From positions 135,059 through 199,058 of the forward strand of contig CAYTED010000001.1 in assembly GCA_964436855.1 (NCBI GenBank): DNA of 64,000 nucleotides. The letters are read 5' to 3'. Under the pieces are notes generated by a model. It had not been told where the DNA came from and searched no databases. It saw nothing but the letters and a program-made list of their open reading frames with translations. Below are positions 59,658 to 64,000 of the stretch, piece by piece. Source of the DNA: an uncultured Bdellovibrionales bacterium (GTDB lineage Bacteria; Patescibacteriota; Minisyncoccia; Moranbacterales; UBA1568). A program made the position numbers and the translations under genes. The first letter of the stretch is position 1. The number at the start of each line of letters is the position of its first letter.

Positions 59658-60359
59658 ATGACTGATCGTCGAATACTCGATACAGCAGTACCACATATCG
59701 AAGACGTCGTCTTCCAAGCAAGCTACGCGCTCCACGACGACGCCCGCACCGCAAAAAGCTTCGAAGCGCTTTTGCGACCGCTCGAAACTCTGCATGGGGC
59801 ACGTCGCCGGACCGATCTCGCTGAGATCACTCGCGCCGTCCTTACCAGAGTTTGCCGAGAAATAGAAGGCCGAGAAGGAATCGCTCCCATTCAGGTCAAC
59901 CTTCCGCCGAGCGTACTCTCGTTCAGAAATATGCCTCAGGAAATCACACAAATCGTTGACCGCTACCACGTTCCGCACGGTCAAATCGGCCTCGAAATAC
60001 TCGAACATCCGTTTCATTGGACGCTTCGATCGCGGGAAGCGGCAGACGTTCTCAGGAGAACGGGCTTTTCGATTCTGCTCGATGACTACACCGGCGAAGA
60101 CTGGCAAAACGAAGTGCTCCAAGGCTTCCCTTTCGATAAGGTCAAAATCGACTGTTCGATAGTCCGAAATCATGGGCTCAAGAATACCTTCAATGCTCTT
60201 TCCGTTCTCGGCGTGCGAAATATCGTCGTCGAAGGAGTGGAAACACGCTTCGAGCTCGAGGAAGTTATCAAAGCTTCAAGAAGACATCCCGAGATGGATG
60301 TGCTCATTCAGGGATTTCTCTTTTCGACGCCCGAACCGGCCGAACGAGTGTTTCATTAG
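59658..60359 (+). CDS. Stand-alone EAL-domain protein (putative c-di-GMP phosphodiesterase)
   Basis: FEALLRP, NLPPS, EILEHP, DDYTGE, KIDCSIV, EGVETRFE and QGFLFSTPEP are all present, matching EAL catalytic positions. No sensor domain. Good SD (AAGGAGAG) and a ~195-nt leader. Confidence 0.6.
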   Translation: MTDRRILDTAVPHIEDVVFQASYALHDDARTAKSFEALLRPLETLHGARRRTDLAEITRAVLTRVCREIEGREGIAPIQVNLPPSVLSFRNMPQEITQIVDRYHVPHGQIGLEILEHPFHWTLRSREAADVLRRTGFSILLDDYTGEDWQNEVLQGFPFDKVKIDCSIVRNHGLKNTFNALSVLGVRNIVVEGVETRFELEEVIKASRRHPEMDVLIQGFLFSTPEPAERVFH

Positions 60360-60491
60360 AGCGCACGCCGAATGCATCACCAGTATCGGGAAAGCAAACG
60401 CAACCGATACGAAAACGCGAGGATACTGTCCCCGCGTTTCTTTTTTATCTCTCTATGAAAAAAATCACCGGACAACCGCCACAAACACGCT

Positions 60492-61055
60492 TTATCCCTC
60501 TTTCAACTCACCAGCACTCTTGCGCATGAGATCGGTAAGTTTTCTCACGGTATTCACATTCCGCGCCGTCATATTTTTATACAATGCCGTCCCGATAAAA
60601 TCCCGCATACCGCTTTTCCCATACTGCTCCCTCGAGACATTCCACAGAATCGCGCCAGGCACATACCGGACCGTATCAACCCCTTTGGCAATACGGATAA
60701 GCGACAAACTCTTCCGACTATCGTACTCCTTCCACAAAAAAAGAATATCGCTTTTTTGTTCAGTATCATTTTGCCACTGCTTGGGAATGGCGGCGGCGAT
60801 TTTTTCAAAAGACCGCCCGCTCCGTACGACGACCGGAATCCGAAAACCAAACGCTGATTCAAGTTGTTTCTCGATTTTCTTCGCCAAATTCTCTTCTTTC
60901 TCTTCCTTCGATACAAAAAGGACATTGCCGCTATTGATATACGTAGCAACATCGCGATAACCGGCTTTTTCAAAACACTGTTTGAGCACTGACATCGCCA
61001 CCCGATGTTTCCCACCGACATTGATCCCTCGCAACAAGGCAATATACTGCGACAT
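60492..61055 (-). CDS. DUF1697 family protein
   Basis: MSQYIALLRGINVGGKHRV... is the conserved DUF1697 N-terminal signature. Confidence 0.6.
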   Translation of the reverse strand: MSQYIALLRGINVGGKHRVAMSVLKQCFEKAGYRDVATYINSGNVLFVSKEEKEENLAKKIEKQLESAFGFRIPVVVRSGRSFEKIAAAIPKQWQNDTEQKSDILFLWKEYDSRKSLSLIRIAKGVDTVRYVPGAILWNVSREQYGKSGMRDFIGTALYKNMTARNVNTVRKLTDLMRKSAGELKEG

Positions 61056-61071
61056 AAATATTTCGGATGAC

Positions 61072-61428
61072 TCAAAAAGATTGCGTTGTAATTTTTTCTA
61101 TCTGAAAAAATTTTTTCGTAATTGCAAGCGCTCTTTCTTCATCAAACCCTTTGCAAGTATAGATAACTACCGATAAAAAACGTGCAGAAGACCAAAAATA
61201 AAGTGAAATTCCCGAATCAATTAATGGCACAAATGCGTCAAATCCCTGATTTTCTTCCTTCCCCTCCCCACCGGGAGAAAACACGATAGGCTCACCATAC
61301 ATTCTGAGCGAAAGACCGCTGGTAACCTCTTCAAAAAACTTCACAATAATATCACGGTCAACCGAAATACCCACAAAACCCTCTATAACAAATCTCTGTC
61401 GAAAAATATCTGGCGCCAAATTTTCCAT
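61072..61428 (-). CDS. Small protein with weak resemblance to SpeH-type S-adenosylmethionine decarboxylase proenzymes
   Basis: LIDSGISLYFWSSARFLSVVIYTCKGF is loosely similar to ESHISIHTWPE...VDVFTCG. The processing Ser is not clearly conserved. Confidence 0.3.
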   Translation of the reverse strand: MENLAPDIFRQRFVIEGFVGISVDRDIIVKFFEEVTSGLSLRMYGEPIVFSPGGEGKEENQGFDAFVPLIDSGISLYFWSSARFLSVVIYTCKGFDEERALAITKKFFQIEKITTQSF

Positions 61429-61452
61429 AAAACTTTCTGATAGTATTCAAAA

Positions 61453-61884
61453 TTAGTGCAGGCGAACGTTCCCCTCGGCATCAATCTTCCAAAAAGGATT
61501 GTGCGCCACTTCCCACAAGTGTCCGTCCAGATCCGCGAAATAGCCGCTATACCCACCCCAAAACACCTTCTGTCCAGGTTTAATAATTTTTGCCCCGGCC
61601 TGCTCCGCGGCACGCAGGGTCTCGTCGACCGCCTGCTCCGTTCCCACATTATAAGAAAAAGCCGCCCCCCGAAAGCTCCCTTCACCGGTATCAGAAACGC
61701 CCGCATCTCGAGCGAGCGCCTCCCGACGGAAAAGAGAGAAAATCACATTGTTCAGCTGAAAAAACGCCACCGAAGGATCGGGAGACTCGGCCTTCCACCC
61801 GAGCCCGTCGCGATAAAACGAAAGCGCCTTCTCAACATCCTTCACCCCAAGCGTTACCATGCTGATCCGCGGTTCCATAATCAT
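61453..61884 (-). CDS. VOC/glyoxalase-bleomycin-resistance family protein
   Basis: VTLGVKDVEKALSFYRDGLGW ... HLWEV metal-binding pattern; two beta-alpha-beta-beta-beta modules. Confidence 0.6.
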   Translation of the reverse strand: MIMEPRISMVTLGVKDVEKALSFYRDGLGWKAESPDPSVAFFQLNNVIFSLFRREALARDAGVSDTGEGSFRGAAFSYNVGTEQAVDETLRAAEQAGAKIIKPGQKVFWGGYSGYFADLDGHLWEVAHNPFWKIDAEGNVRLH

Positions 61885-62371
61885 TTTTTACGATTTTATT
61901 CCTCAGTAAAATAATATATCACGTGCGGTGAAATATTACACTTTGCATGAACCCATTTCGAATGAAAGGGCTGATCACGCCTCGTCCACTCTCTTCGGTC
62001 GCGGTACAAAACCCAAAATTTCCTTGCCATTTTTTGCGCGGTTCCTCCCCTGACCCCTCCGCCACAAAGCGGAAAGAAGGAAGGAAATTTTTGGTTTGTT
62101 CCGCCGCTTCACTCCTCCAAAAGGGCTAGTAAGTAAAATATAGCATTTTCTGTGGCATGGTGCCGCCCTTTCTCCGTCGTTCGCGTCGGCCCGAGGTGCT
62201 TCCTCTCCGCGTTTGGTGGTAGTTTGAGAGTTCGCTCACACTTCGCAGACACCTCGCACTGGCCGCTCACATTCGTTCGCGATGCCTGCTCGGTGCTTGT
62301 CGTGTTCGCTCTGTGACTTCGGCGATGTCCGTGGTAACTCTTTGTGCTTGCCCCACCCGCCCTGTGCGCGC

Positions 62372-62420
62372 ACAAATCCCCGCCGTTTTTAGGAGATATT
62401 ATAAAACGGCGGGGTTGGCT
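62372..62420. terminator. Bidirectional rho-independent terminator
   Basis: CCCCGCCGTTTTT-aggagatattat-AAAACGGCGGGG: a 12-bp inverted repeat with U-runs on both strands. It sits at the boundary of the GC-rich block and the low-GC island. Confidence 0.55.
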
Positions 62421-62439
62421 CCCTGCAGTTCTATAAATT

Positions 62440-62988
62440 TTATAGGTTCTCCAGAAGCTTGTTGTAAGTACCAGCAATATCGCCCTCTAACGATTCGACA
62501 ATTTTCGTGTTTGCGCGGTTGGAAACCATAAGCATCATAGCCTCGTACATTTGCTCTAGCTTCTTTTCTTTCCCTCCCAAAGTAACCAAGCCTCCTGGTC
62601 TAAATCCATCTTGATAGCCTTCCGATTTACCTCGTTCTATAAATCTTTGAATCGAGTTTTCTTTTGAGGTGGCGAGCAAGATTTCAAAAAAATCTGCCTT
62701 ACACTCTTTAGCAATACTCTCCAGACTTTCTATGTATTCTGCTTGAGTAAAAATTTGCGAAATCACCACATCGTATCCCGCTTGTAAGTGAACTCGTGCC
62801 ATTTCACCCGCAATCTTTTTAGCAAGTGGTCCCGAAATCTCTTTTTTCTCGCGAAAATTACTAATCCATCTTCTCACTTCATCAATATCCAATTTTAAAG
62901 TAAGAGGATGCTCCTCAGCGTATTTCTCAGCTAAGGTAGACTTACCTACTCCTAAAGCACCATTCAAAATTATTAGTTTTGGTTTCAT
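62440..62988 (-). CDS. P-loop NTPase / small-molecule kinase-like protein
   Basis: ILNGALGVGKSTLAEK Walker A; about 180 aa. Low local GC. Confidence 0.45.
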   Translation of the reverse strand: MKPKLIILNGALGVGKSTLAEKYAEEHPLTLKLDIDEVRRWISNFREKKEISGPLAKKIAGEMARVHLQAGYDVVISQIFTQAEYIESLESIAKECKADFFEILLATSKENSIQRFIERGKSEGYQDGFRPGGLVTLGGKEKKLEQMYEAMMLMVSNRANTKIVESLEGDIAGTYNKLLENL

Positions 62989-63515
62989 AACTTGTTCTTT
63001 AGATTTATGCCACCTAAAAATGCTTTAGCCTGTCTAACTGATGTAAATTTAATAATTTTATGCTTATCCTGTACTTGCGCTAGGAATTTGTTAAGAGAAA
63101 TCGCTTCGCCTTTCGTCCAAACGAGTTTCAAAAATTTCCAGTCAAACATTTCGGGGCTTCCCTCAAGCTCGGGGCGAGGGTCTTTGCGGTGTTTGAGCCA
63201 CCTTTTCAAGTAACGGACAGTAGCGACTATAGGCGGGTAATCAAGATACATAATTGTATCTGCACGTTCAAAAAGAAAGGTGCGAGCTTCTTTACTGATA
63301 TATCCCTCAACAATCCATTCCTCTTGCGCCCCGATTTCTTTTAATTTCCTTACCGTCTCTTCATCACCAATATACTGCCATCCTGGATTCCACATAATTG
63401 AATCCATAAGAAAAAGTGGCAACTTTGTTTTTTTCGAAAGTTTCCTCGCAAAGGTTGATTTACCTGAGGCACTGACACCTACTATTACAATTCTTTTTCC
63501 TATTTTTGTCTCCAT
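62985..63515 (-). CDS. P-loop NTPase (adenylate-kinase/topology-modulation FlaR-like)
   Basis: IVIVGVSASGKSTFARKL Walker A. Overlaps the next gene by 4 nt. Confidence 0.45.
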   Translation of the reverse strand: METKIGKRIVIVGVSASGKSTFARKLSKKTKLPLFLMDSIMWNPGWQYIGDEETVRKLKEIGAQEEWIVEGYISKEARTFLFERADTIMYLDYPPIVATVRYLKRWLKHRKDPRPELEGSPEMFDWKFLKLVWTKGEAISLNKFLAQVQDKHKIIKFTSVRQAKAFLGGINLKNKL

Positions 63516-63520
63516 ATATT

Positions 63521-64000
63521 CTAGCGGTCTGCGTGAATTACCTCGCCCGTTTGGTATTTGTTTTCCGTCAAAATCTCAACGACCAACTTTCCGATATCTT
63601 CAGGAAGAGTTAGTCGTCCTTTTTTTGAATCTTTAAGAACTATTTCCCTCATCTCTTCTGTCATCCAACCTGTATCTGTAGGACCTGGATCAAGAGAGTA
63701 TATGGAGATGCCTTTTTTACTTAATTCAGGTGCTAACTGTGGTGCCAGCATTTCAAGAGCTGCCTTGGTAATAGTATAAGGAATTTTGTTTTCTCCCATG
63801 CTTCCAAGAGATTGTCCAGAAGTCATATTGATTATGCATCCTCCCTTGCTCCTTTTTACAAACTCTGTGACGAGCATAGTGACAGCACGAACATTTACTT
63901 CATAGTGCTTATCCAATATCTCTGGTGACAGCTCAACAAAAGGAACTTCAAAATCATGGCAAGCGTTGTTAATAAGGATGCTCGGGACTCCTAATTCACT
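63521..64000 (-). CDS. Short-chain dehydrogenase/reductase (SDR), C-terminal part; the gene start lies beyond the window end
   Basis: NVRAVTMLVTEF..., IINMTSGQS (catalytic Ser region), YTITKAALEM (YxxxK) and PGPTDTGW. The ORF is open to 64000. Confidence 0.6.
   Translation of the reverse strand, partial: SELGVPSILINNACHDFEVPFVELSPEILDKHYEVNVRAVTMLVTEFVKRSKGGCIINMTSGQSLGSMGENKIPYTITKAALEMLAPQLAPELSKKGISIYSLDPGPTDTGWMTEEMREIVLKDSKKGRLTLPEDIGKLVVEILTENKYQTGEVIHADR

Noticed and set aside
61900-62440. tmRNA or RNase P RNA in the GC-rich block
   Set aside because: I found no GGGG...tag ORF...T-arm/ACCA tmRNA architecture and no RNase P P4 (GGAAAGUCCGG / ACAGAA) boxes by eye on either strand. Left as an unresolved finding instead of a call.
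62109-62477. 122-aa minus-strand ORF and 60-aa plus-strand ORF in the GC-rich block
   Set aside because: Arg/His/Thr-rich and without motifs. They overlap the bidirectional terminator. More likely non-coding (see finding).

Overview
This 64 kb window is densely coding and almost entirely minus-strand. It reads like a small-genome, Patescibacteria/CPR-like bacterium (inference from gene content: archaeal-type UMP kinase, sigma-70 region-4/HARE-HTH protein, many pilins, ComFC, no secretin).

Gene content, in order:
- A split PEP-synthase-like module, UMP kinase, proS, a degenerate HtrA paralog, clpB preceded by a perfect CIRCE operator, and an intact htrA.
- A PpiC-type PPIase, an FtsB-like protein, then a VirD4/TraG-like ATPase with a C-terminal CxxC-x17-CxxC zinc ribbon, its N-terminally membrane-anchored partner (one predicted TM helix), and a sigma-r4/HARE-HTH protein.
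- An msrA / C39-like peptidase / msrB operon, a DEAD-box helicase, a DsbB-like protein, queH and a UbiA-family prenyltransferase.
- A five-tRNA cluster (Ala, Ile, initiator Met, Met/Ile2, Asp) and gatB.
- A pyrimidine dNTP cluster (dut, tmk, folA, thyA, dcd) bracketed by two phage-T4-gp1-like dNMP-kinase paralogs and interrupted by a 950-aa uncharacterised protein.
- secE-nusG-rplK-rplA, then gatA, gatC and ligA.
- A large type IV pilus/competence locus: three pilin-like genes, a PEP-CTERM protein, a PaaX-like regulator, pilD, a GT-C-like membrane protein, two tandem identical pilA copies, pilC, pilT, a CheY-like regulator, pilB, and pilO/N/M-like genes.
- Divergent from the pilus locus: clpC, comFC and a stand-alone EAL protein.
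- A GC-rich noncoding block and a low-GC island of P-loop kinases plus an SDR.

Most notable observations:
- A short GC-rich palindromic repeat family (core CCCCTTT-N-AAAGGGG with a GAGGGGT tail). Two copies sit in-frame inside ligA and two upstream of a pilin gene.
- An identical 26-nt NotI-containing hairpin on both sides of the PaaX-like gene.
- A MITE-like element with 15-bp terminal inverted repeats.
- A recent tandem pilA duplication.
- A PEP-CTERM protein in an otherwise CPR-like context.
- A conserved but uncharacterised VirD4-like ATPase / membrane protein / sigma-r4-HARE module.
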